Below, in pieces: positions 17,408 to 24,456 of a stretch of DNA of 24,456 nt. A program made the position numbers and the translations under genes. The stretch is from Candidatus Saccharimonadales bacterium (GTDB taxonomy: Bacteria; Patescibacteriota; Saccharimonadia; Saccharimonadales; Saccharimonadaceae): positions 1 to 24,456 of the forward strand of contig DASTSD010000036.1 of assembly GCA_035760845.1 (NCBI GenBank), in the 5' to 3' direction. Every line of letters begins with the position of its first letter. Position 1 is the stretch's first letter. The notes under the pieces were generated by a model, which was given only the letters and a program-made list of their open reading frames with translations, was not told the origin of the DNA and did not search any database.

Positions 17408-18163
17408 ATGTCTCAGCCCAAGAAAACCCCAGCACAAATCGATGCGATGCGCGAAGGCGGCAAGCTCCTCGCGACTATTTTTGACGGTCTTAAAAAGATT
17501 GTTCACGCCGGTGTGAGCGAACTGGAGGTTGACGCCTGGGTCGAGGCCGAAATCAAGCGCCTTGGCGCGGTAGCTACGTACAAAACCAGCGAAGTGAACT
17601 TTCCAGGCGTTATTTGTATTAGTACGAATGACGAGATCGTTCACGGTATACCGACCGACTATGTTTTTGAAACGGGCGACGTGGCGAGTTTTGACCTCGT
17701 TATTACGTATAAGGGAATGAAAACCGACGCGGCGTTTACGATGGTAGTCGACGAAAAGCCAACCGGGGTGAAAAAGCATCTTATTAATACTACCGAGCGC
17801 AGCCTGTACGCGGGCATCGACGCCATAAAAGGCCCTGTTTATACTGGCGACATCAGCGCTGCGATCGAAAAGGTGCTTGATAGCGCCAAGCTTGGTATCG
17901 TGCGTGAGCTGGTTGGCCACGGGGTGGGGCAGGAGATGCACATGCCACCCGAGATCCCAAACTACGGATCAAAAGGCTCCGGCGTGCTGCTAAAACCGGG
18001 TGATACCATCGCGATCGAACCGATGGCAATGCTCGGCAAAGAGCGTATCACCACCGACGCCGACGGCTGGACAATCCGTACTCGTGACGGCAGCCTTGCG
18101 GCTCACTTTGAACACACCGTACTCGTAACCGAAGACGGTGCCGAAATCCTGACGCAACAGTAG
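17408..18163 (+). CDS. map: Methionine aminopeptidase type I
   Basis: CISTNDEIVHGIP, D..TD, GHGVG..MH, AIEPM, AHFEHTV. Confidence 0.96.
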   Translation: MSQPKKTPAQIDAMREGGKLLATIFDGLKKIVHAGVSELEVDAWVEAEIKRLGAVATYKTSEVNFPGVICISTNDEIVHGIPTDYVFETGDVASFDLVITYKGMKTDAAFTMVVDEKPTGVKKHLINTTERSLYAGIDAIKGPVYTGDISAAIEKVLDSAKLGIVRELVGHGVGQEMHMPPEIPNYGSKGSGVLLKPGDTIAIEPMAMLGKERITTDADGWTIRTRDGSLAAHFEHTVLVTEDGAEILTQQ

Positions 18164-18169
18164 TAGAGC

Positions 18170-18198
18170 TTGACATTTTATTTAACTTATGCTAAATT
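18170..18198 (+). promoter_or_regulatory. sigma70 promoter for orphan gene
   Basis: TTGACA 18170-18175, 17 nt, TAAATT 18193-18198 preceded by TGc. Confidence 0.7.
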
Positions 18199-18249
18199 AT
18201 TTTTATCTACTTATAGATAAAACAAACAAAAAGCAAAGGTACATATAAA

Positions 18250-18606
18250 ATGAGCGAAGTCATTCGAAACAATCAAAATCAAATCCTGGACACTGACGGC
18301 CACCCACTTGAGCAGGTAGCGGCGTACAACAGTGCTGAGCGAAGAAATGCTGCTGCGACCGTTGAAGAGAAAAGGGAATTAGCTAACGCTGCTTTACGAC
18401 TTAGTGGGTCATCCCGCGAAAGTTACGATGCGGTTGGCGCACAGCGTGAGGCTGAAACCCAGGAGGCTGCCGCAAACTGGAAAGGCTTTGAGCACTATAA
18501 CCGGAATGCAGGCGCCTATCAGGAAGCCGCATATGAAGAAGATGCACGTCGCAGTGCTCCTGAAGAAAGTACTGAAGAAGCGCCTGCTCCTGAAGTAAAA
18601 CAGTAA
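18250..18606 (+). CDS. Acidic Ala/Glu-rich hypothetical protein
   Basis: 118-aa ORF with own promoter, AAAGG upstream, and downstream terminator. Confidence 0.7.
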   Translation: MSEVIRNNQNQILDTDGHPLEQVAAYNSAERRNAAATVEEKRELANAALRLSGSSRESYDAVGAQREAETQEAAANWKGFEHYNRNAGAYQEAAYEEDARRSAPEESTEEAPAPEVKQ

Positions 18607-18623
18607 TAGTAACAACTTAGCTA

Positions 18624-18658
18624 AAAATAAATACGCCTTCTCGTGGCGTATTTATTTT
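18624..18658. terminator. Intrinsic terminator, likely bidirectional
   Basis: AAAATAAATACGCC-ttctcgt-GGCGTATTTATTTT, perfect 14-bp arms. Confidence 0.9.
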
Positions 18659-18722
18659 GGCACATTGAGACATGTCCTAAGGGTCCTAGCCAAAACCCCG
18701 CATAAGCGGTATACTTTTACGT

Positions 18723-19961
18723 ATGCAAGAAACATCTCGATACGCTGTCGGTATTGATATCGGAACGACAACTGTTCGTTGCGTTGTAGGCCATATCGAC
18801 GCCACCACAGGAACTCCGACGATCGTAGGGGTAGGACAAGCACCAAACAGCGGCATGCGCAAAGGGGTCGTCGCCAATCTGACAGGTCCGGCCCGTGCGA
18901 TAGACGAGGCGCTCGGCGAGGCTGAGCGCATGAGCGGCTACCAAGTGAACGCCGCGTCTATTAGTATTAATGGCGCACATATTCTTAGTACCAAAGCCGA
19001 TGGCATGATCGCTGTCGGGGCCATGGATCACGAAATTACTCACGAGGACCTCTCGCGGATCGAAGAAGTCGCGACGCTTGGCAAGGTTCCAGCCAACCGC
19101 GAAATCCTCGAGGTAGTACCACACAGCTACCGTCTGGATGGCCAAGATAACATCAAGGATCCTATCGGCATGACGGGTACGCGCCTCGAAATCAACGCTA
19201 ATGTCGTCTCGGCGTTGGCGCCACACCTTGCGAACCTCCAAAAGACCTCCGAGATGGCCAAGGTTGACCCTCGCTCTATTACGCCTGCGGTCTTGGCCGC
19301 TGCACGCGCGGTTCTGAGCGAACAGCAAATCGAGAACGGCGTTGCCGTAGTGGACCTCGGTGGTGCGACGACGAGCGTCGCCGTGTTTGAAGAAGGCGAC
19401 CTGCAGTACGTCGCGGTCATTCCGGTTGGTGGCGTGAACATCACTAACGACCTGGCTATCGGCCTCAAGACCGACCCCGAAATCGCCGAAAAGGTAAAGG
19501 TGGGCCACGCGACGGCCGTCGCCCGCAAGAACGACGAGCGTATTTCGATCAAGCAAGAGAAAGAAACGTTCAACTTTGACTCGAGCGACGTCGACGAAAT
19601 CGTCGAGGCCCGCCTTGAAGAAATTTTTGATGCAATCCACAAAGAACTCAAAAAAGCCGGTCGTGCCGGACAGCTGCCAAGCGGCGTCGTGCTGACGGGT
19701 GGTTCTGCCAAGATAAAAGGCATTGCCGAGTTCGCCAAGGAAAAGCTTGGCCTTGCGGCGCGGGTTGGCAAGTCGACGGGCTACGGCGGTGTCGCCGAAA
19801 ACATCGAAGAGCCGCAATATGCTGCGGTCGTAGGGCTGATGCTCCTGGATTCACAGGGGTCAAGCCAGCCTGCGGGCAGCCACAAAACAGGTGGCGGCGG
19901 CAAGGCACTCAAAAACGCCGGCGGCTTCGTATCGAAGTTTTTAGACAGGTTTAAGGCGTAA
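18723..19961 (+). CDS. ftsA: Cell division protein FtsA
   Basis: GIDIGTT, GMRKGVV, VDLGGATT, GG.NIT.DLA, VLTGG; TATACT 7 nt before ATG. Confidence 0.97.
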   Translation: MQETSRYAVGIDIGTTTVRCVVGHIDATTGTPTIVGVGQAPNSGMRKGVVANLTGPARAIDEALGEAERMSGYQVNAASISINGAHILSTKADGMIAVGAMDHEITHEDLSRIEEVATLGKVPANREILEVVPHSYRLDGQDNIKDPIGMTGTRLEINANVVSALAPHLANLQKTSEMAKVDPRSITPAVLAAARAVLSEQQIENGVAVVDLGGATTSVAVFEEGDLQYVAVIPVGGVNITNDLAIGLKTDPEIAEKVKVGHATAVARKNDERISIKQEKETFNFDSSDVDEIVEARLEEIFDAIHKELKKAGRAGQLPSGVVLTGGSAKIKGIAEFAKEKLGLAARVGKSTGYGGVAENIEEPQYAAVVGLMLLDSQGSSQPAGSHKTGGGGKALKNAGGFVSKFLDRFKA

Positions 19962-20026
19962 ATTTGTTTTTGAACAATAAATGTTATACTAAAGAATGAA
20001 TAGAAATCGGGGGAGACTATAATTCC

Positions 20027-21253
20027 ATGCCTGAAGTGAAACCAAGCGAAATACAAACATTTGCCAGCATTAAAGTTGTTGGTGTTGGTGGCGCTGGCGG
20101 CTCTGCGGTCAACCGCATGAAAGACGCCGGTCTGAACGGCGTACAGTTCATTGCCATGAACACCGACGCCCAAGCGCTGCATAACTCAAAGGCCGACGTA
20201 AAGATCCACCTGGGCCACAATACGACTGGCGGCCTCGGTGCCGGTGCCGACCCAACGCAGGGCCAGGCCGCAGCCGAAGAATCACGCGAAGAAATCAAAG
20301 AAGCGCTCGAAGGTGCCGACATGGTATTCGTTACCATTGGTGCCGGTGGTGGTACTGGTAGCGGTGCTGGCCATGTCGTGGCTGAAATCGCCCGCGAACT
20401 AGGGATCCTGGTTGTCGGTGTTGCTACCAAGCCGTTTAGTTTTGAAGGCGAAAAGCGCCGCCAGAACGCCGACTGGGCCATCGCTCAGCTTGGCCGCCAG
20501 GTGGACACGCTTATCACTATCCCGAACGACCGTTTGCTCCAAACGATCGACCGCCGCACGCCGCTGCTTGAGACCTTCAAGATCGCCGACGACGTGCTGC
20601 GCCAGGGTGTGCAGGGCATTTCCGAGCTTATTACCGAGCACGGCCTGATTAACCTCGACTTTGCCGACGTCAAGGCTATCATGAGCAACGCCGGTTCGGC
20701 CCTCATGGGTATCGGCCGCGCCAGTGGCGACGACCGCGCCGCACAAGCTGCGCAGCAGGCAATCGAATCGCCGCTTATCGAGGTATCGATCGACGGCGCC
20801 AAGGGCGTACTGTTCAACGTGACTGGTGGCTACGACATGAGCATGAGCGAAATCCAGGAAGCCGCCGAAATCATTACCAGCGCCGTTTCGCCGGACGCCA
20901 ACATTATCTTCGGTGCGACGCTCAAGCCTGAACTCGAGGACGAGCTGATTATCACGGTTATCGCGACCGGTTTTGACAGTGCCTACTTCCACGAGCAGGC
21001 CGCCCAGCTGGAAACTCCGACCGTCGGTAACGTTAACCCGGCTCCAGCCGTAGCAAGTGACAGCGAGCCGGCAACGGCCGATGAAGCTGTCGAAGGTATT
21101 AGCATGGACCTCGACCAAAAAGACGCCGCAGCAGCCTTCGCCGAAGAAACTACCCACGACATCTGGAGTAATCCTCCTGAAGAAGACGACGAATCCGACA
21201 CGCCAGCGTTCCTGCGCCGCCGCAAGAAGAACAAAAACACGGACGAATCATAA
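20027..21253 (+). CDS. ftsZ: Cell division protein FtsZ
   Basis: [17 protein letters not shown] signature, NLDFADVK, C-terminal DTPAFLRR. Confidence 0.99.
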   Translation: MPEVKPSEIQTFASIKVVGVGGAGGSAVNRMKDAGLNGVQFIAMNTDAQALHNSKADVKIHLGHNTTGGLGAGADPTQGQAAAEESREEIKEALEGADMVFVTIGAGGGTGSGAGHVVAEIARELGILVVGVATKPFSFEGEKRRQNADWAIAQLGRQVDTLITIPNDRLLQTIDRRTPLLETFKIADDVLRQGVQGISELITEHGLINLDFADVKAIMSNAGSALMGIGRASGDDRAAQAAQQAIESPLIEVSIDGAKGVLFNVTGGYDMSMSEIQEAAEIITSAVSPDANIIFGATLKPELEDELIITVIATGFDSAYFHEQAAQLETPTVGNVNPAPAVASDSEPATADEAVEGISMDLDQKDAAAAFAEETTHDIWSNPPEEDDESDTPAFLRRRKKNKNTDES

Positions 21254-21267
21254 AAGGAGCTGACGGA

Positions 21268-21717
21268 GTGAGCGCAAAATACAAGATCGGTGACAGTCGG
21301 GTTATCGAATCACGAGAGGCCGCCGATGGTATGACGATTCGCCGCCGCCGCGAATCGCTCGACGGTAAAACCCGTTTTACCACATACGAACGGATCGAAC
21401 GCCCTAACCTGGCGGTTATCAAAAAAGATAGCTCACGCGAACTGTTCGACCGCGATAAGCTGGCAACTGCCGTCAAACGCTCGGTCGGCAAGTTCTTTAC
21501 CTCGGAACTAGAGGTGGAAGAAATCATCAACAATGTCGAAGACAAGCTCTACGACCTTGGCGAGTCAGAAGTGACTTCGCGTCAGATCGGCGACCTCGTC
21601 CTTGACGAGCTAGCGGTCCGAAATGAAGTCGCGTACGTGCGTTTTGCCAGTGTCTACCACGAGTTCAAGACCCTCGACGAGTTCGAAGAAATCCTCAAAC
21701 AACGGCGCAAAGGGTAG
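21268..21717 (+). CDS. nrdR: Transcriptional repressor NrdR (lacks Zn-ribbon cysteines)
   Basis: VIESR, IRRRRE, RFTTYER, ATP-cone VIKKD...FDRDKL, VAYVRFASVY. Confidence 0.93.
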   Translation: MSAKYKIGDSRVIESREAADGMTIRRRRESLDGKTRFTTYERIERPNLAVIKKDSSRELFDRDKLATAVKRSVGKFFTSELEVEEIINNVEDKLYDLGESEVTSRQIGDLVLDELAVRNEVAYVRFASVYHEFKTLDEFEEILKQRRKG

Positions 21718-21719
21718 CG

Positions 21720-21977
21720 ATGAAAACCGTGGTCGTATACGAGGACAATAGCGAATACTCACGGCAGGTGAGTGACTATCTGCGCGACTTTAACCGGCAA
21801 ACCGGCCACGAGCTGGAAACGCTCGACCCCACGACAAGGGACGGCGCAGACTTTTGTCGGGCGTATGACATCGTAGAGTATCCAAGCATCGTCGCACTGA
21901 GCGACGACGGCACCATGCAAAGCCTCTGGCGAGGATTGCCGCTGCCGACTATCAGTGAAGTGAGCTACTATGTATAA
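21720..21977 (+). CDS. Small protein, possibly thioredoxin-like fold without CxxC
   Basis: 85 aa; beta-alpha-beta pattern, YDIVEYPSIVAL cis-Pro-like loop; overlaps VKOR start. Confidence 0.65.
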   Translation: MKTVVVYEDNSEYSRQVSDYLRDFNRQTGHELETLDPTTRDGADFCRAYDIVEYPSIVALSDDGTMQSLWRGLPLPTISEVSYYV

Positions 21978-22584
21978 AATTTTCCAACACGCAAAAGAGC
22001 GGTCCAATGTTTGGATTTTTGCCACGATGCTTATATCGGCAATTCTTAGCTTGATTGCGGCGTTCGTGCTGTCTGTCGATGCTATTGAGATTGCCAAAAA
22101 CCCCGATGCCGCGCTGAGTTGCAGCATCAACACGGTCATTAACTGCGCCAGCGTCATGAAGCACCCAAGCTCCGAGCTCTTCGGCTTTCCAAATAGTTTT
22201 CTGGGGCTGATTGCCGAACCGATCGTCATCACGGTAGCGATTGCCGGTCTGGCTGGCGTTAGGTTTCCGCGGCCGTTCATGGCGGCGGCACAGGTAGGCT
22301 ACGCGGCCGGGTTCGTGTTTGCGTACTATCTGTTTTTCGAGAGTTTTTTGGTTATCGGCGCGCTCTGCCCATGGTGCCTGCTCGTGACGCTTTCGACCAC
22401 GCTCGTATTCATGTCGCTGCTCCACTACAATATTCGCGAGGACAACCTGTACCTTAGTGAAAAGCACAGCAAACTGCTGAAAAAATGGATCAAACAGGGG
22501 TATGACCGCTTGTTTACGGCAAGCCTGCTGGCTGCGCTCGTCTTTATGATTCTGTTCAAGTACCACGAGGGCCTGTTCGGCTAA
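21970..22584 (+). CDS. Vitamin K epoxide reductase (VKOR) family disulfide-formation protein
   Basis: CSINTVINC loop cysteines, FGFPNS..G, LCPWC active site, multiple TM helices. Confidence 0.93.
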   Translation: MYKIFQHAKERSNVWIFATMLISAILSLIAAFVLSVDAIEIAKNPDAALSCSINTVINCASVMKHPSSELFGFPNSFLGLIAEPIVITVAIAGLAGVRFPRPFMAAAQVGYAAGFVFAYYLFFESFLVIGALCPWCLLVTLSTTLVFMSLLHYNIREDNLYLSEKHSKLLKKWIKQGYDRLFTASLLAALVFMILFKYHEGLFG

Positions 22585-22866
22585 ATGACCGAGCGAGAAT
22601 CCTCACGTCGCCACGATAGCGAACCAACGGTAGAAAAGGGCATCGACAGGGAAGTGCTATTCGCAAAACTCGTCAGCCCGGAACTGGTGGAAAAGTTTGA
22701 TTTTGAAGTAAGCGAGGAGGACCTAGCGTGGGCCGCCGAGGAGCTTCTTACCGACGATAACGTCGAGCTTATGGAATGGCTGGCGTCACTCGCTATAGCA
22801 AACGGCGCCGACCACGACGAGTTTTTTGCGTGGCTGGGTATTGAAACCGAGCCCGAAACAGAGTAA
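22585..22866 (+). CDS. Acidic hypothetical protein
   Basis: 93-aa ORF starting directly after VKOR stop. Confidence 0.6.
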   Translation: MTERESSRRHDSEPTVEKGIDREVLFAKLVSPELVEKFDFEVSEEDLAWAAEELLTDDNVELMEWLASLAIANGADHDEFFAWLGIETEPETE

Positions 22867-22894
22867 AATACACACCAGAAACACTCCTCGCGTG

Positions 22895-23070
22895 AGGAAT
22901 AGCGGCCATCACCCGCGAACGTTCCAGGAAGAAAGGGAAATCCCGAGTAGAACCTGGCGCACCACGGCGTTACAGTGACAAACAAGTGCTAAGAAGAACC
23001 TCTTTTTAGAAGCTGGATGGTACCGTCCGCGTATGCGGATTCCAGCATCTAACAAGAGGTTTTTGTGTTT
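22895..23070 (+). ncRNA. T-box riboswitch, Ile (AUC specifier), ultrashort Stem I type
   Basis: Stem I GCGG-ccAUCac-CCGC (22902-22916); Stem II CCAGG-AAGAA...GAGUAGAA-CCUGG (22924-22957); IIA/B CGC..GCGUUA..GUG; antiterminator GCUGGA-UGGUACC-GUCCGC.GCGGAU-UCCAGC (23012-23046); upstream of the ileS operon. Confidence 0.88.
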
Positions 23071-23085
23071 TAAGAAAGGACCGCC

Positions 23086-23610
23086 ATGCAAGATATTATT
23101 ATTCGCGATACGACCGCCGACGACCTATTAGCGCTGCGGACGACGCATGGTCAGTCATGGCGCGACACCTACCCGAACGAGGCCGAGGGCGTCTCGCGCG
23201 AATGGGTTGAAGCGCGGACGGCGGGGTGGATCACACCCGAAGGGATCGAAAATTCCAAAGAACACGTAAAGGATATTTACGGTCATCCAAACCATCTTCA
23301 CAAAATAGCGGTTGAAGGCGACAAGGTTGTCGGTGTGGTCCATGTAGCAAAAACCCCCGAAAAACAGCACCTTCATGCGCTATACATCGCAAAAGAATAT
23401 TACGGCAGCGGCCTCGCCCAGCGACTTATGGAGATAGGACTGGCGTGGGCTGACCCGCATCGGCCGATTGACCTGCAGGTCGCTACCTACAACGAACGGG
23501 CCAAGGCTTTCTACCGCAAATACGGATTCGAAGAAGTACCGGGCACCGAAGAAAAATTCGCCGAAACCATACCAGTCGTCACCATGGAAAGAAAAGGAGA
23601 GTCAGCATGA
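23086..23610 (+). CDS. GNAT family N-acetyltransferase
   Basis: LHALYIAKEYYGSGLAQRL (AcCoA-binding motif A), LQVATYNERAKAFYRKYGF; AAAGGA RBS. Confidence 0.92.
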   Translation: MQDIIIRDTTADDLLALRTTHGQSWRDTYPNEAEGVSREWVEARTAGWITPEGIENSKEHVKDIYGHPNHLHKIAVEGDKVVGVVHVAKTPEKQHLHALYIAKEYYGSGLAQRLMEIGLAWADPHRPIDLQVATYNERAKAFYRKYGFEEVPGTEEKFAETIPVVTMERKGESA

Positions 23611-24455
23611 AATTCAAAGGAAACACCCGCCGCCGCGCACTCGAGTACGAAAAAGACCTCGTCGTCCAGTGGAAAAAGAACAAGACATTTGAAAAATCCG
23701 TCGAGCAGCGACCAAAAGAGGACAGCTACGTTTTTTACGACGGCCCTCCATTCATCACCGGCGTACCGCACCACGGAACGCTCCTTAGCTCGATCGTAAA
23801 AGACGCCATTCCGCGCTACCAGACGATGCACGGCAAGCGTGTCGAGCGCGTGTGGGGTTGGGACTGCCACGGCCTGCCTGCCGAGGTATTTACCGAAAAG
23901 AAACTCGGCATCAAAGACCGCCGCGACATCGGTACCAAAATCAGCCTTGAAGAATACATCCTGACCTGCCGCGACAACATGGTGCAAACCGGCAACCTAT
24001 GGGAAGACACCATCGACCGCATCGGCCGTTGGGTCGACTTTAAGGGCGCCTACAAAACCATGGACAAAGACTACATGGAAAGTGTCTGGTGGGCGTTCAA
24101 AACCCTGTACGAAAAGGGGAAGATCTACGAAGGCGAGCGCGTGCTCATGTATTGTACCCGCGACGCGACGCCGCTTTCGAAGGCCGAGGTCACGATGGAT
24201 GCCGGCGCCTACCAAGACGTCACCGATCCGAGCGTGTTCGTGAAATTCAAGCTGACTGATAGCGACGCGTTCCTTTTGGCTTGGACGACCACGCCGTGGA
24301 CGCTGCCAGCAAACACCGCTGTCGCCGTGAACAAAAACTTTGACTATGTCGAAGTGGAACAGGCCGGCCAAAAGCTGATCTTGGCAAAAGATTTGCTCGA
24401 GAAGGTGATGCAAGACGAAAAGCACCAGCCGCTTGAATACAAAGTTGTCCGCGAA
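23607..24455 (+). CDS. ileS: Isoleucyl-tRNA synthetase, type 2; 3' truncated by window
   Basis: Manual translation from ATG 23607 (AAGGAG RBS 23594-23599): FYDGPPFITGVPHHGT, GWDCHGLPAE, RIGRWVDF, YMESVWW, AWTTTPWTLPAN. Confidence 0.96.
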   Translation, partial: MKFKGNTRRRALEYEKDLVVQWKKNKTFEKSVEQRPKEDSYVFYDGPPFITGVPHHGTLLSSIVKDAIPRYQTMHGKRVERVWGWDCHGLPAEVFTEKKLGIKDRRDIGTKISLEEYILTCRDNMVQTGNLWEDTIDRIGRWVDFKGAYKTMDKDYMESVWWAFKTLYEKGKIYEGERVLMYCTRDATPLSKAEVTMDAGAYQDVTDPSVFVKFKLTDSDAFLLAWTTTPWTLPANTAVAVNKNFDYVEVEQAGQKLILAKDLLEKVMQDEKHQPLEYKVVRE

Positions 24456-24456
24456 C

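Noticed and set aside
20018-20023. TATAAT just before ftsZ as a leaderless promoter
   Set aside because: Only 3 nt from the ATG; the upstream TGtTATACT (19982-19990) plus GGGAG SD explains expression better.
208-24425. Many long antisense or alternate-frame ORFs in the track (e.g. 208-1227, 4304-5062, 10574-11608, 18717-19817, 20399-21157, 23997-24425)
   Set aside because: They shadow well-supported genes, show no recognisable motifs or RBS, and are expected from codon bias.
1-24456. UGA-to-Gly recoding (genetic code 25)
   Set aside because: Conserved genes read through without internal TGA, and TGA ends fmt and the GNAT at expected lengths.
1-24456. CRISPR array, tRNA/rRNA genes, integrase or transposase
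   Set aside because: No regularly spaced repeats, cloverleafs, rRNA-like segments or recombinase motifs seen.

Overview
Most likely a Patescibacteria (CPR) chromosome segment, probably Saccharibacteria/TM7. Support for this: N-terminally short IF-2, DUF5663-like genes, compact core synteny and type-2 IleRS. TGA acts as a stop codon, so this is code 11, not code 25. Core genes: rpsA-like S1 (partial), infB, fmt, def, priA, a phosphoribosyltransferase, a wHTH protein, recJ, rpsU, a YqeY protein, adk, map, ftsA, ftsZ, nrdR, VKOR and ileS (partial). Three regions stand out. (1) A ~6 kb accessory block after infB encodes a degenerate Ser/Thr kinase with a novel 67-aa tandem repeat, a DUF5663-like protein, and a ~1,357-aa protein with Gly/Ala-rich hydrophobic helices and a C-terminal GT-A glycosyltransferase-like domain. 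This is a candidate host-directed effector module. (2) An Actinobacteria-type, ultrashort-Stem-I Ile T-box riboswitch sits upstream of a GNAT acetyltransferase that overlaps ileS. (3) A high-GC PH-domain membrane gene ends at a perfect 32-bp palindrome and may be horizontally acquired. Also seen: several apparently leaderless core genes, a recurring intergenic CATAAG motif, a cysteine-free NrdR and an HHGT signature motif in IleRS. All calls come from reading the sequence; no database searches were run.
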